Assembly (NCBI GenBank): GCA_029953675.1
Contig: JAMWBK010000007.1
Location: 806,001 to 870,000 of the forward strand
Source of the DNA: Rhodosorus marinus CCMP1338
Taxonomy: Eukaryota; Plantae; Rhodophyta
Length of the DNA stretch: 64,000 bases
Reading direction: 5' to 3'
Part shown: positions 41,467-52,895 of the stretch, piece by piece
Numbering within the stretch: the stretch's first letter is position 1
How the letters are laid out: each line of letters begins with the position of its first letter
Notes under the pieces: generated by a model
Told to the model about the DNA's origin: nothing
The model's input: the letters and a program-made list of their open reading frames with translations, nothing else
Database searches by the model: none
Program-made: the position numbers and the translations under genes

Positions 41467-43642
41467 TCAGCCCTTAACGCAGAGAATCTGACGCAGGGTG
41501 TACTTGATCTCGACGAGATCATCTTGCGCGGCCATAACCTTATCGATTGGTTTGTAGGCCATTGGAGTTTCGTCTATAACATCTATGTCCTTTCTGCACT
41601 CTACTTGGCTCGTCGCTCGCATATGATCTTCGACAGAAAATCGCCGCTTCGCTTCCGATCGGGACATCAACCGTCCTAGGACAAATTGCCGTTGAACACA
41701 TGTCACTCGTCAGCAACAGACAACTCTTTTCCTCCAAAAGTACCTAAATCACTTACCTGCTCCGTGACTGCAGCTATTGTACGACTCCGCGTTCCCCTTT
41801 CCTTGCACAATGAAAGACTTTGCACCCATCGATCCGGGGATAATTCCATACCGACCTGCAGATCAGCGAAACAGGAGACAAAAAAAAACAACGTCGCTTT
41901 TCGTGTTCAATTTCCCCTCCAATCAAAGCAGAACAATGAAGCCGTCGGCCAGCCACTTCTCCCCTCACCTTTCTCGGCACAGACCGCGCCCTTCCGCGTG
42001 ATCAACAGATCCTCGCCAAAATGAAACTCTCGGTTAACATAGTTGTGATGACAATCCACTGCCAAAAGATCAGCCTGAAATCCCCTTAGTGACTCTGGAA
42101 CGCTCTCTCGAAGGGCCTTCAGAAAACTATTCATCATCACCTCTCTATTCACCTTTGCAAACTTTTGCGCCCATCTGGCAGTGTCAGCAAAAAATAAACA
42201 TAAAAAGTTCGAATATTAGTCAAATTCAAAATATAGAGGACAGGCTGTCATCAAATATCGACAGCCCGTCATGTCATTTCAAAGCCAGCTCGTGCCGTTG
42301 GGCAAGGAAGACGCTTTTCCTGTCTGAGCATGCGCTGAACGACTGATATTTCTATTCTCTCCATTGTTTCGATCTTTTCCAGCCCTTTCGACGTCGTTTT
42401 CAGTCCCGGTTTTTCTTGACTTGTGGTCCAAAATCTGGGGGCAAACGCGTCGACTGATGGTCCGTGGGGACAGTGGAGGGTTCAGGGCAAAGCCTCCAAA
42501 TCGTCTTTGTAAGCTTCCGGAGATAAAATCTGAGCTGAGATAATATGAACCCTCTGTATGCTAGTCCAGGGTCTGAAAGCATCTGCTTCCTGAGTGGTCT
42601 TTCCCTGCTCACTGCTGCTGGCCCTGGCTGTCTGGACTCCCTACCCCATGGAAACCGTGCCTGCACGTTGATGGCGTTGAAAAGAAGGAATTCTGGAGAG
42701 AACCACAGCCTGCAGCCTCGTATGCATCCCCGGATGGCGGTGATCGAATGTAGAGGTTTTTTTGGTTGGACGGGTTTGGTGGCTTACCCGACCGCGCGTA
42801 GGTAGTCGTCAAAGTGGTCAGAACCTGCCTTGAAGTAGGCGAGATCCTTGTTCGGAAGATCGTGAACGTGCTTTCTCATGTCCTTCTTCGCAAGCTCTAT
42901 GAAGTACATTCCAATACGGTTGCCAACGCCTCGCGAGCCTGAGTGGAGCATTAGCCAGATCGAATCGGTCTCATCGAGACACATTTCGACGAAGTGGTTT
43001 CCGGTGCCCAGGGTGCCAAGGTGGTTGACGAGATTCCCCTTGGCAATTCGAGGGTGCTTAGCAGCGATTCTCGTAAAACCCGAGAACAGCTCATTCCTAA
43101 ACCTGAGGCCAACTTCTGCTGGCTCATCTGGAAAAGTCCACATATAACCAAGGCTTAGCGAGTCTTCATTTCAGGTTATGCTTGTGACTAGCTTCCGTAC
43201 CTCCCCGCCAGGCCCCCTTGTCCCCGCGCCCTCCACCGCTGCTACGTCCGTGGGGAATGGCTCTCTCCACAGCGTATCGAATCGTCTTCAGAGAGTCCGG
43301 CATGTCCACAGCCTTGAGGCTAGTTCGCACAGCCATCATTCCGCATCCAAGGTCAACTCCAACCGCCGCAGGAATGATCGCCGCCTTAGTAGGAATCACA
43401 GAGCCCACCGTGGCGCCAATACCCCAGTGACAATCCGGCATCACCGCAATCCCCTTCTCGTGTATAATCGGCAACGCCGCCGTCTGTTTCAACTGACTCC
43501 TCGCGACGCCTTCGACGGGCAAACCTTCAGTCCACATCTTCAACGGAACTTTCCCCGTTCCAGCGTTAACCACACTATGCACATGACGAAGGCCCAAACC
43601 CCCGAATACTTTTCTCCTAATCATCGTTCCCTGCCAAAGCAC
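41467..43642 (-). CDS. rtcB: RNA-splicing/repair ligase RtcB, bacterial (E. coli-like) type, 4 introns, presequence-like N-terminus
   Basis: MPDCHWGIGATVGSVIPT, VGVDLGCG, LGTLGTGNHFVE, MLHSGSRG, DCHHNYV, TRKGA, IIPGSMG, SCSHGAG|R (His codon at 41764-41766), DETPMAYK, ILCVKG*. Confidence 0.95.
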
Positions 43643-45406
43643 TCCCGCACAAGTACCACTCCGGACGCGGCGGAGTACAAGAATAGGAGTGGGCTTGAAT
43701 TGAGCAAAAAACCAACCCCTTCCCTGTACCGCTCGGTACTGCCCTTGACAAACCCGAAAACGCTTCAGCGCCTAGCTAGATAACCAGTACCTAGTTCACA
43801 CCCTCTCCCTCGCTCTACTTTGTCCCGATCAACCAGATACCCGACATGATAGCTAGCTCCCCAACCACCAGAACCACGGTGAAGAAGACGGACTGCGTAT
43901 GGGCAGTTGCTTCAACAATACAACCCCAACACCTGTACGGGCCAAATGTAGCTCACCACCCGTTCACTTGTAAGGGTAAGAAGAACCACCCGCCGACACC
44001 TCTTAGCTCCAAGTACACGGCTGATGAAGAAGACCAAATTCCTTTTCTGTAGCTGCTTCAACATTTTTGCAACCCAGAACTCTTCTCACCCCGATCACCA
44101 ATAAAGAAGAAAGGACATCCGGCGTGATTGATTAGCTCCTAAGCAGTGGCGAAGAAGGTCAACCTGCTGCGTATCTGCACCATTTGCTTGCGCCCGTGAA
44201 GAAGATATTGCTATGTGAAACCCGTGTGAGCCGGATGGAGGTCATTCAGTCCATAGCACGGAGGAAGAACACCCGATGTGACTTGTTCACGCCTTGGGAA
44301 AAGGTGATGATGAACTGCGTATCTTCAGCACTTCCTTCTGCGCAGATGTACTTCGCTGATGCATTATTTCGACTTGGACGAGCAGCAAGTAGATCAACAG
44401 AGTCGCTTTGCAGGTAGCTGCATGAATCCCAAATCTTCTTAAGCTTCATAAAGGTCTGTTGCTCCGACGATTGTCGCCATGACTCCGTGGAAAAGACTAC
44501 ATGACTGTCGTTTGTTTTGGTCTGTCAAGGTTGTAGCCGAGTTGAGCAAGGACATGTCGTCACCGAAGGCACATAGAGGTAGAGCGGATGTGAAAACAAG
44601 GGGAAAGGACAAAAGACGCGACCGGACGACAAGCTCCCACTGTTCAAGGGTAGATCATCCTCCACAGCAACAAACTACACTGAGGGTGTGAGAATTCTTT
44701 TCGGTCTCGACGAGATTGGAGAAAACAACTGTGTGAATGAACATGAGGGAGACGACGAGTTTCAGCCGGGTAACCAGTCGCCTACCAACTGGCACCCTTA
44801 CCATCCTTGAAAACCATACATCCAAACGAGTTGCAAAGATGGATATGAGATCCCAAAGTTTCGCGAACGCCATGAGAAGTAGTCTGTTCGTGCCTGGCCG
44901 ATAGCCGCGTTCGGCAGCACGCCCGGTTTGGGATGCTTTCGAGTTGTAATAGACAAAACATCGGACAAGGTAAAAGCATACAACCAACCGCTACATGCAA
45001 TAAACTACCGAAAGAAACGTCCAGACGATGACTGGATTGGAGGCCAGCCGAGAAGATACTGCTCAAGGAACAGACTACATCTCTTTCGCTTCGCCGTGAG
45101 TAATGGTTTTGGTTTGTCCATCCAATGCTTCCTCAAAGGTCTTCCTGTTCACTTCGTTTTCCGGTGCCCTTCCAGTTCCTGGGCATACTCGGATTTTAGC
45201 CTCTACATCACGTGCAGTACTTGAATGCGAGCGAATCTGTACCTCGACTCTCATGTAGAGAAGACGCCGGATTCACAGGCGTGCTGTCGATGGACTAGGT
45301 CTCCTCGACTCCTTAAACATTCACTATCTGGACATTCGTTTTTACCTTAACAGTCCACACGTCTCTGTACAAGAAGGGTTAGTGCTGGCATTCTGTTTTG
45401 ACGGAT

Positions 45407-47206
45407 TCATTCGCCTTTGATGTTAAGAATAGGCGTGAGAGTATGTACAATACTACAGAGCTTTCCCTGTGCTCTCATGACTGCGGCTATGTTCTTGTAC
45501 GACGATGGCGCAGTCTCCATCCACCGACTGCTCTTCCTGTATTCAACAGGTCTATCAGCTTTCTCTAGTGCTCTCGAAAAATCTGCGTAGGATGCCTGAC
45601 GAGATTTGCTTCTCGTACGTCCTAAGATGAACAACACAGAGCGGGAAAGGATTGAGTGAGCATCGGTGTCGAGCTCCATTTCGCATCCAGAATGAGACGC
45701 GCTCAAGATCACATCTCTTGGAGACTTGGAAGTCTGTTTCCAGGGCCGCTCGAGGACGACGTGGTGTCATGACATTATCGGCTGCAAAAGATCTAGGGCA
45801 ATCAGCTAACTGGTTCGGTATCTGTAGCTTACCTACACCACTGCTACAGCTTTCGAACGACTTGTCGTGGCCAGTGCCTTTCACAACGTAAGATTTGTCA
45901 GTCATAGTCCCTGCGACGATTCCCAGCTCGTCTGAGGTGATCGAACATGTACAAGAACGGAGACAGAGCCATCGATAAAGGATCAATTGTATCCAGTTCT
46001 GATCCAAAGTTGGGAACAAGTACCATACCCAGTTTGGCACTTATTGCACCTCTTCTCATAACGTAGAGCTCACTCCCCATGTGCGTCTCCTTCGACACAA
46101 AGTTGTGGGGACAATCGAGGACCTCAAGTTGCCCCTTGAAATTTCTGAAACTTGACGAAACGTGCTGTCGGAGACAATTCACGACGTTTCTCAGGATCAG
46201 TTCTCTGTTGAACTTTGCGTACTTGTTTGCCCAGCTGGAACACGGACACCAAGCCATGTTAGAAAACTCATACGGGCACATGGGGTCAGCTTGCATTTCC
46301 AACTTACCGGTCGGCGGCCAGGTAGTATTTGAAGCTTTTCGAGCTTTCTTCGATATACGCCAAGTTGACGTTTGGAAGACTGAAGGCATTGACGCCCATC
46401 TCCTTCCTCGCGACCGAAGTAAAATATTCTCCTAGCTTTCGACCGGGTTTCCTCGATCCGGTGTGCACCATAATCCAGATGTTCTCGAGTTCGTCCGAGC
46501 TCATCTCAACGAAGTGATCAGGGAGTCCGAGTGTACCCAGTTGTTGCTCTGGTTGCTCTATGACGGCCTCCGGGTCCCGCTTCCCGATCCTAGTGTACTC
46601 TGAGGCCAGGTGTTTATTGTACAAGCTCTGGACACTATCTGGAACTTTACGTGCGCAAACGAAAAACCCACAACGTTAGTATTGATTCGAACGTTGGAAT
46701 ACTTGCAACGTTGGGATCGATGACCTACCGGATGACCACGATCCATAGTCCTCCGATAAGTGCTTTAGGGAAGAGTGACCATGCGGAACAGATTCCTGTA
46801 TCGCCAATCGGAGTTCCTTTAAGCTCTCTGGAAGGTCAGCGTACTTTAAGCTCGTCTTCCTAGCCGTGATCCCGCATCCTATGTCCAACCCAACGACCGC
46901 AGGAATGACTGCTCCGCTCAAAGGCACCACGACACCAGTCGCGGACATGAAACCAAAGTTGCAGTTCGGCATCGCCGCCATGCCGTGCTGGCTTATTTTC
47001 GGATGCGTAGCCATCAGTTGCAGTTGGTGTTTGGGATCCAAGAAACGGTCCTCAACGGGAAGCTCCCTCGTAAACTTATATAGCCTCGTCTTCACCGCCT
47101 CCCGCGGCTCCACTCGGGGCCATAAGATCCTGTCCGAAAACGATCTCATCGAAGATCGAATCCATCCAGATCTTCTAGCCTGCAGGAGCTTAGCACCTGC
47201 ATCCAT
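45407..47206 (-). CDS. Divergent RtcB paralog with catalytic His replaced by Ser (predicted pseudo-ligase), 4 introns
   Basis: MPNCNFG, VGLDIGCG, LGTLGLPDHFVE, MVHTGSR, DCPHNFV, MRRGA, VAGTMT, SCSSGV|GR (Ser codon AGT at 45840-45842), ETAPSSYK, ILNIKGE*. Exons are open and intron positions and phases match the first copy. Confidence 0.9.
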
Positions 47207-48307
47207 CAGTACCTTTTTCTTACTCTACCACTCTCAATAAATACGAGATCCTGGCATCCGATCATCCCAGAGAAGTCACCTCCCATCCTCATTTCCCTTG
47301 TAGTCTCCAAGGCCGTCGAATCAAATATCCTCATCGAACCCTAAACAAAGAAAATAATTGATATTAATCCAATTATTGACTATTACGTGTCCTTTTGTTG
47401 AAACTTATCCAATGCTAACATAAAATTTTGTGTCAGCTAAATTCTTATCGAATAGTAAGTAACTAAATGCTCTCGGTTTTTTTATACCACAATATTAAAT
47501 AGTTTAAAAATAATGGATATAAATAAATAGAATTTTTGTTTCAAATATTTTAGACCAATTATTTTGCGGTATACAACGGGACGAGGCACGATTAGACCAA
47601 TTAAAAGGAGTTTTATATAGAAAAGTCTCATAATATTTTTATTTTAAACTATTCATCAAGAATAATGTACCAATAAATACTGAGTTAGTGTAAGCATGGT
47701 TCGGAAAGATGGATGGCGTCCTTTTTCTTATTTTTTGAGAGGAGTACCTGAGGGTAAGAAGCAGTTACAGAACGAAAGACCATAACTAAGTCCATACTAT
47801 ACGAAATTTGAACCTCCTCCCCGGATTTGCTCTGAAAATCCTCCGCTTGGACAGCGTGGTCGGTGATAGCTTTTCACCAAAGGCAAAAGGTACGTCGTTG
47901 CGTATGAACTCACCCTTTTATAGCTCTTTTGGCAGCTTCACGCACCGATACCCGGGTTCTTCTTCCAAACTCCAAACAGAATCCGTCTCGGACTAAAAGC
48001 AACCCACCAGGCCATCGTCTACCATGGTACCGCCTGAACTCCGAGCGGGAATGCATAAAGAACAAGCGGAAACTCCCAAAGGCTCTGTGGAAGCCGCGAT
48101 GACATCTTCGCCACCATGTTGAAGCCCTCATGCTATGCTCCAAGATATTCCCTCAGCCAAGGCGCATGTGTCAGAACATTTCCTTGTCGTGGTCGACGTG
48201 GACAGGTGCGTCGGGCAGTTCTATATTTGTGATAGTTTGGGTGTTGAAGAGTGTGGAAAATCCACTAGGCTAGTGAACCTTCTGGGCCATCTTAGCCCCT
48301 CTGAGAG

Positions 48308-49186
48308 ATGATTTTCTCAGTTCGAGGTGCGACGAAGAACATCTTCGGATCTCGAGTCAGTCTTCGAGCTTTCCGGGAAAGCAGTGGAATCCGCCTGAGG
48401 CAGGTTGCTACGGAAGCGGAAAGCGCTCATGATCGATGGTCGAGGAGGCCGAACAAGAAGGTCTTACTGAGCAATCTACCTTTCAACTTGGATTCCGCAG
48501 AACTGGAGCTGTTGCTGAGATCTGTGGCAGAGTTGAGATCTGTGGAGATTCTAAAAGACTGGGCCGGGAACAGTGCGGGTAAGTAGCTCAGTACCGACTT
48601 TCCGAGGTTGGTAAAAGCTCAACTGATGAGGAACACATACCTAGGTAGCGCTGTGGCAGAATTTGCTACGATGCATGACTGTCATATTGCCATGCAGACT
48701 TTAAGTGGGTACCGGCTTCACAGAAAGCCTATTGCTATTGAGCTAGATGAGAACGCCAAAGAGAAAAGTGAGCACCAGGCGATCCTTCTTCAGTCGAATG
48801 CTGTTTGTACTCAATAATTCTTTCCGCTTGCTTCTTGTTCTCCGTCCATGAATCCAGATAAGATGATCAATGAGTGCGCTGTGAAGATCTTCAACGTGCA
48901 CTTCGCTTATAAATGGCAGGATGTCAAGGATCTGGTTCGTCAGATGGGCGCCGAGGCGACCAGCGGGCAGATCGTTCGCGCGGATGGAGAGCGGCGAACC
49001 CGCAGCTACGCGGTCCTCATCTACAAAACACCGGAGGATGCCAGGAGCGCTGTGGAAATCATCGACAAACAGGTGGACAGAAATCGTCGAGTGCGGTGTG
49101 TTCTCGCGATGGACGAGGACCCGCCTTTGGAAGATGGGGAGGAAGACTTTTACGAACGAGCCTCTCTCCTGCCGGATAATTTTTGA
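48308..49186 (+). CDS. Two-RRM RNA-binding protein with presequence-like N-terminus (Gbp2/hnRNP-M-like RRMs)
   Basis: KKVLLSNLPFNLDSAELELLLRSVAELRSVEILKDWAGNSAG|SAVAEF and VKIFNVHFAYKWQDVKDLVRQMG..RSYAVLIYKTPEDARSAVE; 2 introns. Confidence 0.8.
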
Positions 49187-50546
49187 AACCCGGCCAATGC
49201 AGCCTATTTATCCCGACTTCAGCAACAAAACAACGTAAAAAGATTCTGATACGACACTGTACCGGATCCTTTCGCGCAGCTAAGGATCTGGACTTGCTCA
49301 GTGTTGTGCAGCGCTGCAGTGACTTTTGAGGTGAATATCGAATGAAAAACTTCTCGAAATGAGATGCCATGATGAAGCTCACTCTCCAGGATTCCACTTC
49401 AAACTGAACCATGGGGCGCGGGCTTCATTCTCAGACCAACTTGTTTGTCACCCACAAAACACGTAAAGCTGATGTGAGCAGCCTCGCGAAGGTGCACACA
49501 AATTTTCTTATCAGCTCGAGCATGGAGATGCTTGACTGTTCTCTGGCTAGATCACTACATACCCTCGAGCGCGGCGGTCCAGAAGTGTTTGATCGCAGTT
49601 AAACTCAACGCGATTACGAGCTCGGACAGTTGATGAAATGTAGCGTTCAATGGACGCGAAGCTAGCAACATCTCATGCACGAGCAAAGAAGATCTCTTTC
49701 CTGTCTGCAAGTGCTAAGATCCGGGCAATGCCATCCACTAATCGAGGGGCCTTCAAAGACCGCGCCTCCAGAACGATCGCCTCGTCACAGCGCAAAGCGG
49801 TTGAGCTCGACTGATCCAAAAAGGCGAAAACGTTCGTCAGGGAGGTCTTGTGAAAGCGCTCCGCGCAGAACCCGAGGTAGGCCTTAACGACCTCGCAGAC
49901 TTTCAGCAAGCTACTGGTGAACAAAGGCGGAGAACCAGGGCAGATCTGCAGAGCCTCGGCGTTGGCGAGCGCCTCCCGGTGCGTAATTGGCAAACGCTTT
50001 GCACAAGCTAAGGAAGAACCACTAGAAAGGAAGCCAGGCCAAGTATGCATCACCTGGTTCACCCCAATTCTGCGGGGGGGACCGAGAACGAGTACCGCTG
50101 GGGCTAACAACGTAGGAGTTGTAGTGAAACCTCTGGGATTGGGTCGCGGCAGTCGGGCTTTAGAGACGTCTACGGCATCGTCTAGCTCGTGTACATTAAG
50201 GATAGCCCCATGTCGTCAGCAACAGTCGAAATTCCAAAAACCGAGGGTTTTTTTGCACTTCCCGTTCCAGGGATCTATTGGTACGCTAAAACCTTTCGAC
50301 ATTGTGGTTTTCGTTCGTCTTGCCAGAGCCGGTGCCTATCGTCTATAACTCCTCATCAACCCAGTCTCCACAGGGTTGTTGTTGTCGAAATCCGGTCATC
50401 TTACCCAAAGCTCCACGAGTTGGAGAGTCCGTACAGCTTTCTGGGGAGGGGTGTTAACCGTTTACGACGACTTCTATTAATCCGTACGGGGTACTAGATA
50501 CTCTATTGCTTCCTTGCTACACAAAGCCGAAGAGGAAAAATAAAAA

Positions 50547-50573
50547 GAAAAAATTTCAAAAGATATGTCAAAA
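50547..50573 (-). terminator. Tandem Pol III oligo-T terminators of the 5S gene
   Basis: The minus strand after the 5S end reads TTTTGACATATCTTTTGAAATTTTTTC. Confidence 0.75.
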
Positions 50574-50692
50574 GATACGTCACCTGGCGTTCCCGAGTCA
50601 CCCCTGACCTCAGTACTCTCCAGGCCCGTTCGAGCTTAACTTCCGAATTTAAGATAGGATCGGGTGCATGTTCGAGAAGTATGAACGTATCT
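50573..50692 (-). rRNA. 5S rRNA (single dispersed copy)
   Basis: 120 nt, AGATACGTTCATAC..GCACCCGATCC..CGGAAGTTAAGC..GGGCCTGGAGAGTACT..GGGAACGCCAGGTGACGTATCT. Helix I (AGATACGT/ACGTATCT) pairs perfectly and is followed by TTTT. Confidence 0.95.
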
Positions 50693-51475
50693 GGCAACTT
50701 CGAGGTCTGTTAATGAATATATACTCTTTTATAACTTGCGGCGTTTCGTTCTGTTGGGGGAGGGGACCAGGGGTGTACTTAGAAACGTTTCGAATAGTTA
50801 TTCTTTCACCCTCGTATTAGCATTCTACTGCTTTAAAAAGCTGTCATGGACCCGGTTTGATAAGAGAATGCAGCTCACAACCCCATCCTCAAACTGGCTT
50901 TTTACCAGCTGAATGGAGACCATTTGAGGATGTACAGAGCATAGTGTTTAGAAACGTTCGCGTAGATAATTTTGAATCCCTGGCATGGCTTTCTAGTGTT
51001 TTTGTATGGATCCGCCTTCGGTTCCCGACGCAGTTCAAGTCATCAGTAGAGAATTGGATGTGTTCGTTGACACCGGGATGAAGATGAGATCCGAAGGAGT
51101 TCATCTCTCAAGCAGTGACATCTTCCAGGAAACTACGCCATGTGGACGTCAGTATTGGATTCTTTCCAGTCCGTCGATTGAGAGATTACGTGGCCATAGA
51201 ATTCTGGTTCGATACCAACCGTTCCCGAGCCAACGCGCATGGCCGAACAAGCTTAGGATATAGTACCACCCTTCTCCGCGCCAAGTAGGTTCCAGCACCA
51301 GGCATAGAACCGTGACTGACTGATCGGAGAAGAGCTACGCACCCTCTTCAAAGCTCCCAAGCTCATAAAAGAAGAGTTCCGGACACCGACGGCATGATGG
51401 GAGTGTGGTCTTTGAGCTACTCCAAAGCCCCCCGTTACGGAGGAAGAGAATGGTTCCTTAGGAGAACGATCTAGG

Positions 51476-52515
51476 ATGTTTCGATGCAATAAGATCATAC
51501 AGAAGCGTGGTCTAAACCTTGGATATCTCTCAAACCGTCGATGGATAACGGACGACATCGAGTACGATTTAAACCTTCGAGAGGCGGACAAGGTATACAC
51601 TGATCGAACGCACAGCCCCCACTCGAACTGTTCTTCTTACGTTCTTTGTTGCTCATTCGGTGATTAGGAGCGCTCGAAGGTTGTTGATCTATGTAGGAGG
51701 TAAATGGGCAAGAGAATTGAGTTCTGATCTCGTGAATTGGGATTGCTCTATTCACCTCTTGGCTGGTTCAATCCCTGGAGAGGCAGTTTCCCTCCGCTTT
51801 CCCTGACCTGTTTGTCTTTTCTTCTCATCGTTGGGTAACCTCAGGCGAGTACTGCTCTACAACACGCCAAAGTCGTCAACGAGAGATGAGATCCAGGTAT
51901 TGATGGAACCGTTCGGAGAGATCGAACGGATTCTGGGACCCAGGCCGGAGATAAATCTCGACATGAAGCGATCTGTAATGCCTGTTGAAAGCCCTTGCCC
52001 CGGCGACTTCGTTACAATCCAGTTCGCGGACGAGTTGTCAGTTCGCTCTGCCGTCGAAAAGCTCACTGGTGTGCGTGTTGGTAATCAACGTCTCAAGCTT
52101 GTTCGTGATGATATCGGATTCGATATGACGTTGCCTATCGAGTGTGAGTTGGTCAAGCAAGGCACTTGACCTGGAAAGGACTTGTGGCTAATGGTCAAGC
52201 CTATCCGTGTTGTTTCTTCCCTCAGATCACCACACAGTATACAAAGCATACCTCAAGCTCATCATCTACGACGCCCCGCTCAAGTTCAAGCTCTCTGATG
52301 CTCAGCGATTCTTTGCGAACATCAACGTTGAGATTCAAGACGGCGTCGACCAGCACGTGATCGCACCCTCCGAAAAGCTCAAGAGAATGGTGCTTAGAGC
52401 AAAGGACAGAAGCCAGTTGCAGGCCGCGGTGAACTATGTCATGAAAGGGTTCAGGCAAAACCGCTGGGGATTTACGGCGCGTCCTTACCCTGAAGAGACA
52501 AGACCAGAAGACTAG
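51476..52515 (+). CDS. RRM-domain RNA-binding protein with presequence-like N-terminus (one clear and one degenerate RRM)
   Basis: Model MFRCNKIIQKRGLNLGYLSNRRWIT..ADK|ERSKVVDLCR|RVLLYNTPKSSTRDEIQVLMEPFGEIERI..FVTIQFADELSVRSAVEKLTGVRVGNQRLKLV..|..LIIYDAPLKFKLSDAQRFF; 3 introns. Confidence 0.7.
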
Positions 52516-52895
52516 CAAGAGGAAGCCATAGCTTTTGACAAGCCACACCTTCATCGGGGAGAAGAGACCAAAAACACTAACTCCTGCGACCCCAGAAGTG
52601 AGATCGGCCACGGGAGGGGCGATTCAAGACCTTCTCAGCACGTCCCTACCTTGAAGGACCAAGACGAGAGGACTAAGTCTTTAGGATGCCATACTGTGGA
52701 GAAGACCACCGAAGCTGCTTCAGTGGGAATAAGGGGAAGAATTGGGCGATTTTCGGCTAAATGTGAAGCTCGATCAGCGTACGAGCGGAGTGGATTGGGA
52801 CTGAACCTGGTAAAAGATAGACTGATCGTGACGACGCGCGGCAGCGTAGGTCTTCAGACATTGTTTCGGTCTTTTGTAAATAGAAGAATAGAATT

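Noticed and set aside
49200-50500. ORFs of 100-145 aa between the first RRM gene and the 5S gene
   Set aside because: No recognisable motif or coherent splice model.
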